A DNA stretch of 64,000 nucleotides from NCBI GenBank assembly GCA_963663895.2, contig CAXXRD010000002.1, positions 256,001 through 320,000 of the forward strand, in the 5' to 3' direction. Shown piece after piece: positions 46,740 to 56,399 of this stretch. The position numbers and the translations under genes are program-made. The first letter of the stretch is position 1; every line of letters starts with the position of its first letter. The notes beneath the pieces are model-generated. The model searched no databases. It saw only the letters and a program-made list of their open reading frames with translations, and had not been told where the DNA came from. The stretch comes from Dehalococcoidia bacterium (GTDB lineage Bacteria; Chloroflexota; Dehalococcoidia; Bin125).

Positions 46740-47209
46740 GCGAGCGCGTGGCGCTGTCGCTTCAGGTGAACGGGGCGGCCGTCGATCGGGATGTCGAACC
46801 CCGGCTCACCTTGGCGGACTTCCTCCGCAATGCATTGCAGCTGACCGGCACGCATCTCGGATGCGAGCACGGCGTCTGCGGCGCCTGCACCGTTCTGGTA
46901 GACGGGGAGGCGGTCCGCTCCTGCCTCCTATTTGCCGCGCAAGCGCAGGGGCGATCCATCACGACGATCGAAGGGCTTGCGGAAGGCGCCGACCTCCACC
47001 CCCTGCAAAGAGCCCTGCTGGAGCGCAACGGTCTCCAGTGCGGGTTCTGCACACCCGGCGTGCTCATGACCGCCATGGAGTTCCTGGATAATGCTTCCGG
47101 ACCAACGAGGGACGAGATCCGGAAGGCGCTCTCCGGCACGATCTGCCGTTGCACCGGATATCAGGGGATGGTGGACGCCATCGCGGAGATCGCAGGAGTC
47201 GACCGGTGA
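46736..47209 (+). CDS. XDH family 2Fe-2S subunit (CoxS-like)
   Basis: GCEHGVCGACT, QCGFCTPG, ICRCTGY; ATGA overlap. Confidence 0.95.
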   Translation: MSERVALSLQVNGAAVDRDVEPRLTLADFLRNALQLTGTHLGCEHGVCGACTVLVDGEAVRSCLLFAAQAQGRSITTIEGLAEGADLHPLQRALLERNGLQCGFCTPGVLMTAMEFLDNASGPTRDEIRKALSGTICRCTGYQGMVDAIAEIAGVDR

Positions 47210-49497
47210 CGCGCGAGCAGCTCATCCGAGGTGAGGGACGATTCATCGCCGATCTGCCGGACGCGGACTGCCGCTGGGTTGCGTTCGTCCGCAGCCCGCA
47301 CGCCCACGCACGCGTGCTATCGGTTCTCCCTCCCGAAGACGCACCCGATGTGATGCTGGTAACGGGCCGTGATCTTGCCGGCAATATCCAGCCACTACGC
47401 GTGCAAGCACCCGGACTCAACGTCTACGACTGGCACCTGATGCATCCCGAGCGAGCGCTCTTCGTGGGCGATCCTGTAGCGGCAGTCGTCGCCGACAATC
47501 CCTACGAAGCCGAGGACCTTGCGGACGCAGTGCGCGTCGAATACGAGCCGTTACCCGCAGTCACCAGTCTGGAGGCAGCCGCTGGCAACGAGACTACGAT
47601 TCATCCCGATCTCTCCGACAACGTGCTCTTCAAGTTCGCACTGAACGAAGGAGCCACCACGGAGATGTTCGCCTCCGCGGATCTCGTGGTCGAGCGGACA
47701 TTCCGGTACCCGCGCCAGACGGCGGTGCCGCTTGAGTGCCGCGGCGTACTGGCGCGCTACGACCCGCGCGAGCAACGCTTCACGGTATGGACCTCCACGC
47801 AGGTGCCCCACTACCTACGAAACGGCCTTTCCCAGATCCTCGGTGTGCCGGAGGACGACATCCGCGTGATCCGTCCGGATGTCGGCGGCGCCTTCGGGCT
47901 CAAGGCGCAGCTCTTTCCCGAGGAAGTGGTCTTGCCATGGCTGGCGCGCGAAACGGGCAGCGCGCTGAAATGGGTAGAAGATCGGCGCGAAAATCTCCTC
48001 GCCAGTGTGCACGCGCACGAAGGGACGCTGACGCTGGGCGCCGCGTTCGACGGCGATGGCAGCCTGCGAGCCGTACGCGCGCGAGCGGAAGGCGACGCCG
48101 GCGCGCACTCCGTTTTCCCCTTCGGGGCAGGCCTGGACCCCTTCACCACGGTGATCAATCTCTTCGGCGCCTATCGCCACGAAGTCTCCGAAGTCGATGC
48201 CACAGGCTATGCGACCAACAAGGCGCCAGCAGCAAGCTACCGGGGGGTTGGACAGGTACTCGCGGTATTCGCCGTGGAGCAGCTGCTAGACATCGCCGCG
48301 GGCGAACTGGGGTTGGACCCCGCAGAGATCAGACGGCGCAATCTGCTCCGCACCGACGACTTCCCCCATACGACGCCCACCGGCAACGCGTTCGACACCG
48401 GCAACTACCAAGAGACCCTGCGCATGGCGCTGGAGCGAGCGGACTACGACGGCCTGCGCGCGGAGCAGAAAACCGCGGCGGCGAACGGGAAACGATTAGG
48501 CGTGGGCGTGGTCGCATTCAACGAGGTCACAGGCGTCACGCTCTATCCCGGCTACGACGGAGCGCGCGTGCGCATCGCCCCGGACGGGACGATCCAGGGA
48601 TTCATGAGCTCCGCCTCAAGCGGCCAGGGACACGCGGAGGTCTACGGCCGCCTGATCGCCGAAGAGCTGGGCGTCCCGCGTGAGCGAGTCCGGATCGTGG
48701 AGGGCGACACCGATCTCTGTCCGCCCGGCTCGGGGACCTACGCGAGCCGCACGGCCGTCACCATGGGGAACACCCTGACCCTGGCGAGCCAAGATCTGCG
48801 GCGCAAGCTTCTCAAAGTCGCGGCGCTGATGCTGAAGTTCGAAGGCGAGCTCTCCGATGCCCGGGTCGAGCGGGAACTTACGATCGCGGACGGGCGGATC
48901 TGCCTGGCCGAGGATCCCGCGACGGGCGTGGACTTCGACGAGGTGGTGCAAGCCGCCTACTTGCAGACGCTCGATTTCGCCCTTCCCCAGGAGATCGTAG
49001 AGGCGGGCCTGGAGGTGACACGCTACGAAAAGCTGCCCCAGAACGTCTTCTCCAACACCGCGATCGTCGCGGCCGTCGATGTGGACACCGAGACGGGGCA
49101 CTTCGAGATCCGGCGGCTGGTCATGGTGGGCGACTGCGGCCGCATCCTGGACAGGGAGACCGTGGATGGGCAAGCGATCGGCGGAGCAGCGATGGGGATC
49201 GGCTGCGGGACGCTGGAGCAGCTCGCCTACGACGGGGACGGGCAGTTGCTGACAGCGAGCCTAATGGACTATCTAGTACCCACAGCGATGGAGGTCCCGC
49301 CGATCGAGGTCGGACACCTCGAAACGCCGTCCAGCGTGACGCGCAATGCAGCGAAGGGGATGGGGGAGAGTGGAACCATGGGAATTCCGGCGGTCTTAGC
49401 GAATGCCGTGGCCGACGCGCTCAGCGCGGAGGTCACCGAACTCCCGCTCTCCGAAGAGCGGATCGCCGGTCTGGCAATGGGAGCGAGCTCTCTCTGA
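47206..49497 (+). CDS. XDH family molybdopterin-binding subunit (CoxL-like, not form I)
   Basis: VGGAFGLK, active-site loop SYRGVGQ, SGQGH, GTYASR, AKGMGESG; GTGA overlap. Confidence 0.92.
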   Translation: MTREQLIRGEGRFIADLPDADCRWVAFVRSPHAHARVLSVLPPEDAPDVMLVTGRDLAGNIQPLRVQAPGLNVYDWHLMHPERALFVGDPVAAVVADNPYEAEDLADAVRVEYEPLPAVTSLEAAAGNETTIHPDLSDNVLFKFALNEGATTEMFASADLVVERTFRYPRQTAVPLECRGVLARYDPREQRFTVWTSTQVPHYLRNGLSQILGVPEDDIRVIRPDVGGAFGLKAQLFPEEVVLPWLARETGSALKWVEDRRENLLASVHAHEGTLTLGAAFDGDGSLRAVRARAEGDAGAHSVFPFGAGLDPFTTVINLFGAYRHEVSEVDATGYATNKAPAASYRGVGQVLAVFAVEQLLDIAAGELGLDPAEIRRRNLLRTDDFPHTTPTGNAFDTGNYQETLRMALERADYDGLRAEQKTAAANGKRLGVGVVAFNEVTGVTLYPGYDGARVRIAPDGTIQGFMSSASSGQGHAEVYGRLIAEELGVPRERVRIVEGDTDLCPPGSGTYASRTAVTMGNTLTLASQDLRRKLLKVAALMLKFEGELSDARVERELTIADGRICLAEDPATGVDFDEVVQAAYLQTLDFALPQEIVEAGLEVTRYEKLPQNVFSNTAIVAAVDVDTETGHFEIRRLVMVGDCGRILDRETVDGQAIGGAAMGIGCGTLEQLAYDGDGQLLTASLMDYLVPTAMEVPPIEVGHLETPSSVTRNAAKGMGESGTMGIPAVLANAVADALSAEVTELPLSEERIAGLAMGASSL

Positions 49498-49542
49498 GGG
49501 CTTAAAGCCGCAGACCATCTGCGGCATCGATTAGGAGGCGAC

Positions 49543-50835
49543 ATGGAGCGTTGGATTCGAGGATCGATACGAAGAGGGAGACATCTCTTCCTCCTGAGCG
49601 TTGCCTTGCTGCTGGCGGTGGGCTTGGTCGCCGCTGCCTGTGGCGGCGATGATGCCGATGAGGAGCCGGCAGCTGCGGTGACGGAGGCCCCAGCCCCAGC
49701 GGCGGAGCCCGAGCCGGCAGCCGAGGAGCCCATGGCCGAAGAGCCCATGGCCGAGGAGCCCATGGCTGAGGAGCCTATGGCCGAAGAGCCCATGGCTGAA
49801 GAGCCCATGGCCGAAGAGCCCATGGCTGAAGAGCCCATGGCCGAAGAGCCACTGCGGGTGGCCCACCTGATCATCGAAGCCTCCATTGATGACGAGGGGT
49901 ACTTCCTCTCGCATGAGGAGGGCGTGCAGGCTGCCGCCGAGCGTCTGGGCAATGTCGAGACCGCACTCATCCAGTTCATTCCTCCCAACGAGGAGTTCAC
50001 CCAGACGACCCAGCAGGTGATCGACGACGGCTACGACATCATCGTCGATTCGGGCGCGGCCGGCGCCCTGTTCCTGGACGCGTGCGCCGGCGTTGAAGGC
50101 GTGGCCTGCTTGGAGACCTACGGGATCCCGCCCTTCGCCGACAACGTCGTCAGCTACTACCCCAAGCATTGGTACACGGCCTACCTCGTGGGGGTCGCGG
50201 CGGGCCTCCTGACGGAGACGGGCACCATCGGCTACGTCGTCACGTACGACATCCCCTTGGTGGTAGCCAATGTCAACGCCTACCTCCTCGGTTGTCAGTC
50301 GGTGCGGGAGGACTGCACGCTCAAGAACGTGACGATTAACTCGTGGTTCGACCCGCCCTCAGAGACCGAGGCAGCGCACGCGCTCATCAACGACGGCGCC
50401 GACGTGCTGTTCGGCTTCATCGACGATGCCACCGCGCTCATCACCGCCAGTGAGCGGGGCGTCTGGGCGGCCACGATGTTCAAAGACCTGCGCCGCCACG
50501 GCGAGGACGCGTACATCACGTCCGCTCTCATGATCTGGGACGAATTCTATGAAGCGGAGTTCCAAGCGGTCCGAGACGGCACCTGGAGCGGCAACCGGCA
50601 AGTGCTGTTCGAACTCGGCTCCGGTGCCGAGATCGACTCCTTCGGCCCCAACGTCCCCGCGGACGTAGTCGAGCAGGTGATGCAGGTGCGCGCGGACATC
50701 ATTTCCGGCGCTTTTAACCCGTTCGTTGGGCCCTTCTACGATCAGGACGGCGTAGAGCAAGTCCCTGCCGGCGAAGCGCTCTCGGATGAATTCCTTTACT
50801 CCGGGTGGAGTTGGTACGTGCAGGGAGTCGAATAG
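49543..50835 (+). CDS. BMP family (nucleoside/purine-type) ABC substrate-binding lipoprotein
   Basis: AGGAGG RBS; lipobox AACG; AYLVGVAAG..TGTIGYV, SWFDPPSE, GADV, PFVGPFYDQDG, W.W.V.GV. Confidence 0.9.
   Translation: MERWIRGSIRRGRHLFLLSVALLLAVGLVAAACGGDDADEEPAAAVTEAPAPAAEPEPAAEEPMAEEPMAEEPMAEEPMAEEPMAEEPMAEEPMAEEPMAEEPLRVAHLIIEASIDDEGYFLSHEEGVQAAAERLGNVETALIQFIPPNEEFTQTTQQVIDDGYDIIVDSGAAGALFLDACAGVEGVACLETYGIPPFADNVVSYYPKHWYTAYLVGVAAGLLTETGTIGYVVTYDIPLVVANVNAYLLGCQSVREDCTLKNVTINSWFDPPSETEAAHALINDGADVLFGFIDDATALITASERGVWAATMFKDLRRHGEDAYITSALMIWDEFYEAEFQAVRDGTWSGNRQVLFELGSGAEIDSFGPNVPADVVEQVMQVRADIISGAFNPFVGPFYDQDGVEQVPAGEALSDEFLYSGWSWYVQGVE
49720..49854 (+). repeat. 15-bp coding tandem repeat, 9 units (AEEPM x8 + AEEPL)
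   Basis: gc(c/t)ga(a/g)gagcc(c/t)atg read directly; synonymous variation among units. Confidence 0.95.
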
Positions 50836-50865
50836 AGTCAGAACTATTCGCCAGGAGTTGCATTG

Positions 50866-50904
50866 CGAAGGGCCGGCCCTCACCGAGTGGGGGCTGGCCC
50901 TTCG
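50866..50904 (+). terminator. Stem-loop between SBP and ATPase genes (terminator or mRNA stabiliser)
   Basis: cgaagggccggccctcac-cga-gtgggggctggcccttcg. Confidence 0.6.
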
Positions 50905-50925
50905 GGCATTAGTAATGAGCGGCCT

Positions 50926-52470
50926 GTGACAAGCGCAGACAGTGGCAGCGTTCCCCTCGCCGTGCAGATGCGCGGGATCGTGAAGCGATTCGACGACTTC
51001 GTGGCGGTGAACGATGTCGATTTCGACCTGCGCGCGGGCGAGGTGCATGCGCTGCTGGGAGAAAACGGCGCGGGCAAGACGACCCTGATGAACGTACTCA
51101 GCGGGCTGCTGCGCCCGGATCGGGGTCACATTCTCCTCAACGGCGAGCCCGCACGAATCCGGGCGCCCCGAGACGCATTGCGGCGCGGAATCGGCATGGT
51201 GCACCAGCACTACCGGCTAGTGCACGGCTTCACGGTCGCGGAGAACATCCACTTGGGCTGGGATGCGAGCCCTACGGTGCTCACGCCCGCGCGCATCGAG
51301 GAGCGCACGCGAGAGCTCAGCGATCGCTTCCATCTGGAGGTCGATCCGGCGGCGCGTATCTGGCAGCTCTCAGTGGGCGAGCAGCAGCGGGTGGCCATCT
51401 TGCGCACCCTTGCGCGGGGCGCCCGCATCTTGATCCTGGACGAGCCAACCGCAGTGCTGGCCCCCGGCGAGACGGACCAACTCTTCGGCATGATTCGGCA
51501 ACTCTCCAGCGAGAGCGGACGGACGATCGTGTTCATCTCGCACAAGCTGGAAGAGGCGCTTGCGATCTCCGACCGCGTGACGGTGTTGCGGGGCGGACGC
51601 CACATGGGCACGCACGCCGCGGAAGACTGCAGCCCGCGCATGCTCAGCCAGGAGATGGTGGGGCGCAGTATCGAGTTCACGCGCCAACGCGAGCCGGTCG
51701 AGTTGGGAGAAAACGCGCTCGTTGCGGAAGCCCTCTCCACCACCGACGACCGCGGTCTGCCCGCCTTGCGAGACGTGGACGTGACGGTGCGCGCGGGCGA
51801 GATCGTTGGCGTTGCCGGCGTCGCCGGCAACGGCCAGCGCGAGCTGTCCGAGACGCTCACCGGCTTACGCGCGCTCACCGCCGGCCGCATCCACGTCGGC
51901 GGTCAGGATCTGTCGCGCGCGCGCGCGCGCGACTTCCTTGCGGCGGGCGTGGGGCATATTCCCGAGGATCGATACGCGTCCGGGCTGGTGCTGACCGAGT
52001 CGATCGAGCACAACGCGATCCTGCGCGCCTTTCAGCATCCCCCCGTGCGGCGCGGTCCACTCCTCGTGCAAGGCGCCGCGCGGCGCTTTGCGCGCATGCT
52101 GGCCAAGACTGTCGGCCTCTCGATTAGCGACGTGAGCGCGCCGGTGCGCAGCCTCTCCGGCGGCAACGCACAGCGCCTGCTCACCGGACGGGAACTCAAC
52201 GCCAGCGCGCACGTCCTTGTGGTGGTGCATCCGACCCGCGGCCTTGATGTCGGCGCGATCGAGGAGGTACAGCAGGTGCTGCTGCGCGCGCGCGCGACGG
52301 GGGTCGCGATCCTGCTGATCTCCGAGGATCTGAATGAGGTGATGCGTCTCTCCGATCGGATCCTGGTGCTCTATCGCGGTGCGATCGTCGGCGAGTTCAC
52401 GGACCCCGAGCAGTTCGACCTGGAGGAGATCGGCCTGCTGATGGGCGGCGCCCTCGCCGCTGCATCTTAG
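50926..52470 (+). CDS. ABC transporter ATP-binding protein (CUT2/nucleoside type, two NBDs)
   Basis: GENGAGKTT, LSVGEQQRV, LILDEPT, GVAGNGQ, LSGGN, PTRGLD; start 50926 or 50968. Confidence 0.93.
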   Translation: MTSADSGSVPLAVQMRGIVKRFDDFVAVNDVDFDLRAGEVHALLGENGAGKTTLMNVLSGLLRPDRGHILLNGEPARIRAPRDALRRGIGMVHQHYRLVHGFTVAENIHLGWDASPTVLTPARIEERTRELSDRFHLEVDPAARIWQLSVGEQQRVAILRTLARGARILILDEPTAVLAPGETDQLFGMIRQLSSESGRTIVFISHKLEEALAISDRVTVLRGGRHMGTHAAEDCSPRMLSQEMVGRSIEFTRQREPVELGENALVAEALSTTDDRGLPALRDVDVTVRAGEIVGVAGVAGNGQRELSETLTGLRALTAGRIHVGGQDLSRARARDFLAAGVGHIPEDRYASGLVLTESIEHNAILRAFQHPPVRRGPLLVQGAARRFARMLAKTVGLSISDVSAPVRSLSGGNAQRLLTGRELNASAHVLVVVHPTRGLDVGAIEEVQQVLLRARATGVAILLISEDLNEVMRLSDRILVLYRGAIVGEFTDPEQFDLEEIGLLMGGALAAAS

Positions 52471-52479
52471 GAGTTCGGT

Positions 52480-53667
52480 GTGATCAAGAGGGAAAGCGGC
52501 CGTCTCGGGCGATGGGCGATGGGCTGCCTAGGCTGGCGGCTCGAGCAACGCACGGAACCCCGGAATCAGACAGCGCACCGTCTGGCGGCGATCGTAGTCG
52601 GCGTCGTCATCGCGCTGATCGCCGTCCAACTGGCGATCGGCGACGAGGACGCCTTCGACCGCATCTACCGGGGAACGGTCGGCAGCAAGCGCGGCTGGAG
52701 CAACATCTTGGATCTCGCGGCGCCCCTCCTGCTGACCGGGCTGGCCGCAGCCGTCGCCCTCAAGCTGCGACGCTGGAACGTGGGGGTCGAAGGGCAGTTC
52801 TTCATGGGCGCCTTCGCCGCTGTGGCGATCGCCTTCCAGATCGAAAGCATGTCCGGCGCGCCGCTCTTGGCGCTGATGTTCGCGGGCGCGGCGCTGTGCG
52901 GCGCGGCCTGGATCGCCGTACCCGCGATCGCGCGCGCGTACCTCAACGTCAACGAGATCCTCACGACCTTGATGCTCAACTTCGTCGCCATCTTGTTCCT
53001 CGCCTACGTCGCAACGGGACCCTGGCGTAATCCGCAGTCGCAGGGCTCCATCCTCGCGACGCGCGATATCCCCGAGCAGGCGCGCCTCCCGGGCGTGGAA
53101 GTCGCCGCTGTGGAGTTCAGCTCGGGCCTCCTCTTGGGCATTGCCGTGGCCGTGGTCCTCTGGCTCGTATTCCGCAGCACCACGTTCGGCTACATGGTGC
53201 GCACGGTGGGCGGAAGCGAGAAGGCCGGTTCCTACGCCGGCATCAACGTGCGCCTGCTGTCGGTGGCCGTGCTCCTGCTCTCGGGTGGGGTTGCGGGCGT
53301 GGCCGGCGTGGCACACATGACGGGTGGCGATACCAACGCCTACGCCACCTCGCTCTCCAACAACACCGGCTATCTCGGGATCGCGGTCGCAGTCTTGGCC
53401 GGAGGATCGTTCCCGGTGGTCGTCCTCATGGCGGGGATCATCGGCGCGATCATCTCGGCCGGGAGCGCGCTGCGCCTGCTCGACGTCGGATCCGAACTCG
53501 GGTCGTTCGGGTTGACGGGGTTCATCCTGTTGATGGCGGCGATCGGCGAGGGCCTCGCCAACTACCGCCTGAGACGGGAACGGCCCGGGCAGGAAACGCT
53601 TCCACCCGGCGACCAAGCATCGCCAGCACCGGCAGCGAGCGGAACCGGGGGCAGCAGTGGAACTTGA
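52480..53667 (+). CDS. ABC transporter permease (nucleoside type)
   Basis: PLLLTGLA, WNVGVEGQF, VNEILTTLMLNF, TTFGY..RTVG..A.YAGI. Confidence 0.9.
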   Translation: MIKRESGRLGRWAMGCLGWRLEQRTEPRNQTAHRLAAIVVGVVIALIAVQLAIGDEDAFDRIYRGTVGSKRGWSNILDLAAPLLLTGLAAAVALKLRRWNVGVEGQFFMGAFAAVAIAFQIESMSGAPLLALMFAGAALCGAAWIAVPAIARAYLNVNEILTTLMLNFVAILFLAYVATGPWRNPQSQGSILATRDIPEQARLPGVEVAAVEFSSGLLLGIAVAVVLWLVFRSTTFGYMVRTVGGSEKAGSYAGINVRLLSVAVLLLSGGVAGVAGVAHMTGGDTNAYATSLSNNTGYLGIAVAVLAGGSFPVVVLMAGIIGAIISAGSALRLLDVGSELGSFGLTGFILLMAAIGEGLANYRLRRERPGQETLPPGDQASPAPAASGTGGSSGT

Positions 53668-54592
53668 ACTCTGGCAGGCGGCGCTGCTCCAAGCCATCGT
53701 GATCGGCTCGCCGATCTTGCTGGCTGCCTGCGGCGAGTTGCTGGGGCAACGGGTGGGCGTGTTCAATATCGGCATTGAGGGCGTCATGCTGATGGGTGCC
53801 GTGGGCGGCTTCATGGTGGCGGCCGAGGCCGGCAACGTCGTGGTTGGGCTGATTGGGGCGGCCGCGTTCGGTGCGGGCTTCGTCTTCCTCTTCGGCCTGG
53901 CAACGGTCGTACTGCGCGCGAACCAGGTCGTCGCAGGGTTTGGGCTCTGGCTGCTGGGCCTGGGTCTATCGAGTCAGATCGGCCGTCCCTACACGGGGAA
54001 GCGGGCAGAACATCCGATCGATCACTGGGAGGTCCCCGGCCTGCACGAGATCCCGTGGATGGGCGACATCCTCTTCGAGCATCTGTGGCTCGCCTACGTC
54101 GCCTTCCTGATTCCGTTCTTCATCGCGCTGGTCATGTTCCGCACGCGCCACGGCCTCAACATCCGCTCCGTCGGTGAGGATCCCGGCTCCGCCGACGCCG
54201 CCGGCGTCTCGGTCATCGCTTGGCGGCTGGCCTATGTCGTCTTCGGCGGTGCGTTCATCGGTCTGAGCGGCGCGTTCCTTTCACTGGGCACGGTCCAGAA
54301 CTGGACGCCCTTCATGACCAGCGGTCTCGGCTGGATCGGGCTGGCGGTCGTGATCTTCGCGGGTTGGAGGCCGCTGCTGCTGATCGTCGGCGCGTACCTC
54401 TTCGGCGGCCTGCGGGCGCTCGACTTCATCGCGCAGTCTGGCGGTTGGAACGTGCCGCCCGAAGTCCTCACCATGCTGCCGTTCATCGGCACGGTCGCGG
54501 TGCTCATCCTGGGCGCCTGGCGTTACCGCCATCGCCCCGATGCGGGGGCGGCGCCTCGCGCGCTGGGACAAGCGTTCTTCCGCGGCTCCTAG
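53657..54592 (+). CDS. ABC transporter permease (nucleoside type)
   Basis: GELLGQRVGVFNIGIEG, ANQVVAG, RSVGEDP..ADAAGV, GLGWIGLAVVIFAGWRP. Confidence 0.9.
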   Translation: MELELWQAALLQAIVIGSPILLAACGELLGQRVGVFNIGIEGVMLMGAVGGFMVAAEAGNVVVGLIGAAAFGAGFVFLFGLATVVLRANQVVAGFGLWLLGLGLSSQIGRPYTGKRAEHPIDHWEVPGLHEIPWMGDILFEHLWLAYVAFLIPFFIALVMFRTRHGLNIRSVGEDPGSADAAGVSVIAWRLAYVVFGGAFIGLSGAFLSLGTVQNWTPFMTSGLGWIGLAVVIFAGWRPLLLIVGAYLFGGLRALDFIAQSGGWNVPPEVLTMLPFIGTVAVLILGAWRYRHRPDAGAAPRALGQAFFRGS

Positions 54593-54597
54593 ACCCG

Positions 54598-55491
54598 ATG
54601 ATCGCAGCGATCGACATCCACACGCATCCTTCCGACGCCGCCGCGCATCGCCGGCAGGGTCCTTGGCGCGAGCAGGCCGAGCGGTATTTCAAACGACGCA
54701 TCGACGAGATCAGCCTGGACGCGCAGGCCGAGATCTACCGTGAGCGGAACATGCTCGCCGTCGTGGTGGCCTTGGACGAAGAGTCGCAAACGGGCCGGCC
54801 GGGCGACTCCAACGACGCGTTGAGTCAGGCGGTCGCGCGCAATGCCGACGCGCTCATCGGCTTCGGCTCGGTAGACCCCGCCAAGGGCGAAGCGGCGGTC
54901 CGCGAAACCCGCCGTTGCATCGAAGAGCTTGGGCTGCGCGGGATGAAGTTCATGCCGCTGACGCAAGCGTTCTTCGTCGATGATCCGGCCGTGCGGCCGA
55001 TCTTCGAAACCTGCGCGGCGCTCGGCGTACCGGTGATGATCCACATGGGGACCACGGGGATCGGCGCAGGAGCGCCGGGGGGGATGGGCATTCACCTGAA
55101 GTACGGCCGTCCGGTGCCGCACCTCGACGATCTTGCGGCGGAGCTTCCCGAACTCCAGATTATCGGCGCGCATCCCGCCTGGCCTTGGACCGATGAGATG
55201 CTCGCGGTGCTTTGGCACAAGACGAACGTCTGCATGGATCTATCCGGCTGGGCGCCCAAGTATCTCCCGGAAGCCGTGATCGAGAACGCGAATACCTTGC
55301 TGCGCGACCGCATGCTGTTCGGGTCGGATTTTCCGGTTTTGCACCCGGATCGCTGGCTCGACGAGTTCCGCGCCGCGCCGTTCCGTGACGAGGTCCGCTC
55401 CGGTATCCTGCGCGAAAACGCCGCCCGGCTGCTCCGGATCGATCTGGAGGCCAGTGGCGAGGGCCGCCCCATTCGCTTCACGGCCGGGTAG
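54598..55491 (+). CDS. Amidohydrolase family 2, CouO-like (4-hydroxyphenyl-beta-ketoacyl-CoA hydrolase-like)
   Basis: IDIHTH, GFGSVDP.KG, HMGTTGIGAGAPGG.GI.LKY, AHPAWPW, DLSGWAPKY, FGSDFP. Confidence 0.78.
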   Translation: MIAAIDIHTHPSDAAAHRRQGPWREQAERYFKRRIDEISLDAQAEIYRERNMLAVVVALDEESQTGRPGDSNDALSQAVARNADALIGFGSVDPAKGEAAVRETRRCIEELGLRGMKFMPLTQAFFVDDPAVRPIFETCAALGVPVMIHMGTTGIGAGAPGGMGIHLKYGRPVPHLDDLAAELPELQIIGAHPAWPWTDEMLAVLWHKTNVCMDLSGWAPKYLPEAVIENANTLLRDRMLFGSDFPVLHPDRWLDEFRAAPFRDEVRSGILRENAARLLRIDLEASGEGRPIRFTAG

Positions 55492-55534
55492 AGCCGGGTA
55501 AGCGGGAGCAGAGAAGCGCTGGGAGCAACGCGTC

Positions 55535-56392
55535 CTAAAACGCGATCGACGGCAAGAAAGGCCCGCGCGGCTCCTGGTACTTCCCGAGGCTCATCAGCGT
55601 CATCGGCTGCCGAAGGCGCAGCCCGCGCTCGATACACCATTGCAGGAGATCGTGGTTGCGGCTGGGCAGCAGGAAGCCAGGGTTATGGATCTGATCGGCC
55701 GCCGCGATCAGCGCCTTGAGATCGTCGCTGGCGCGGGCGACCGCGTAGCCGGCGAATCCCAGCAGGGTGGCATAGGCCGTCACCTGCCCGTCTCGTTCGA
55801 CGAGGCGCGCACTGCCACGCTCGACCGCGTCCCGCAATTCCCAGAGGCGCTCGTGGCCGTGGACATCCCGGAAGATCGCGTCGCAGGCCGGGAGGTCGTC
55901 GAGCCGGGCCGGACGCACACGACATCCCGGAAGTGGCTCACCGATCGGCGATCCCTGCACCGTGATGAGCGGCTCGCGGACCGCGAATCCCAGCTTGGTA
56001 TAGAGCGCCATCGAGCGGCCATGATATGCGGCTTGCACGAGGCGAATGCCGGCCGCCCCTTGTGACTCCGCCCGATCGAGGACATCGCGCACCAGGAGCC
56101 GCCCAACGCCGGCGTCCTGCGCAGCCGGATCAACGGTAATGGGCCCGAGTCCCGCAATGGGACAGCGCTCGTCCAGAAAGTTGCTCCCGACCACGCGCCC
56201 CCTTTGCTCCGCCACCACGGAGTAGAAGCCAGGGTGCGCCAGCATCGCGCCGGCGACGTTGACGGCGACCGCGGGGGAGGGGAAATCCGGCGGGAAGTTG
56301 TGCTCGTCGGCGATACCCTTGAACGCGTCGTAGCAGATGCGCCCGCAGGCCTCGGCATCGCCGGGAGCACCGGGGCGCAGCGTAGCTTGCAC
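55535..56392 (-). CDS. GNAT family N-acetyltransferase
   Basis: GPITVDPAAQDAGVGRLL acetyl-CoA motif, ALYTKLGF. Confidence 0.85.
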   Translation of the reverse strand: MQATLRPGAPGDAEACGRICYDAFKGIADEHNFPPDFPSPAVAVNVAGAMLAHPGFYSVVAEQRGRVVGSNFLDERCPIAGLGPITVDPAAQDAGVGRLLVRDVLDRAESQGAAGIRLVQAAYHGRSMALYTKLGFAVREPLITVQGSPIGEPLPGCRVRPARLDDLPACDAIFRDVHGHERLWELRDAVERGSARLVERDGQVTAYATLLGFAGYAVARASDDLKALIAAADQIHNPGFLLPSRNHDLLQWCIERGLRLRQPMTLMSLGKYQEPRGPFLPSIAF

Positions 56393-56399
56393 GAGAAGG

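Noticed and set aside
45403-49497. Bona fide aerobic CO dehydrogenase operon
   Set aside because: The large subunit has SYRGVGQ, not the form I AYxCSFR Cu-binding motif; no coxDEF
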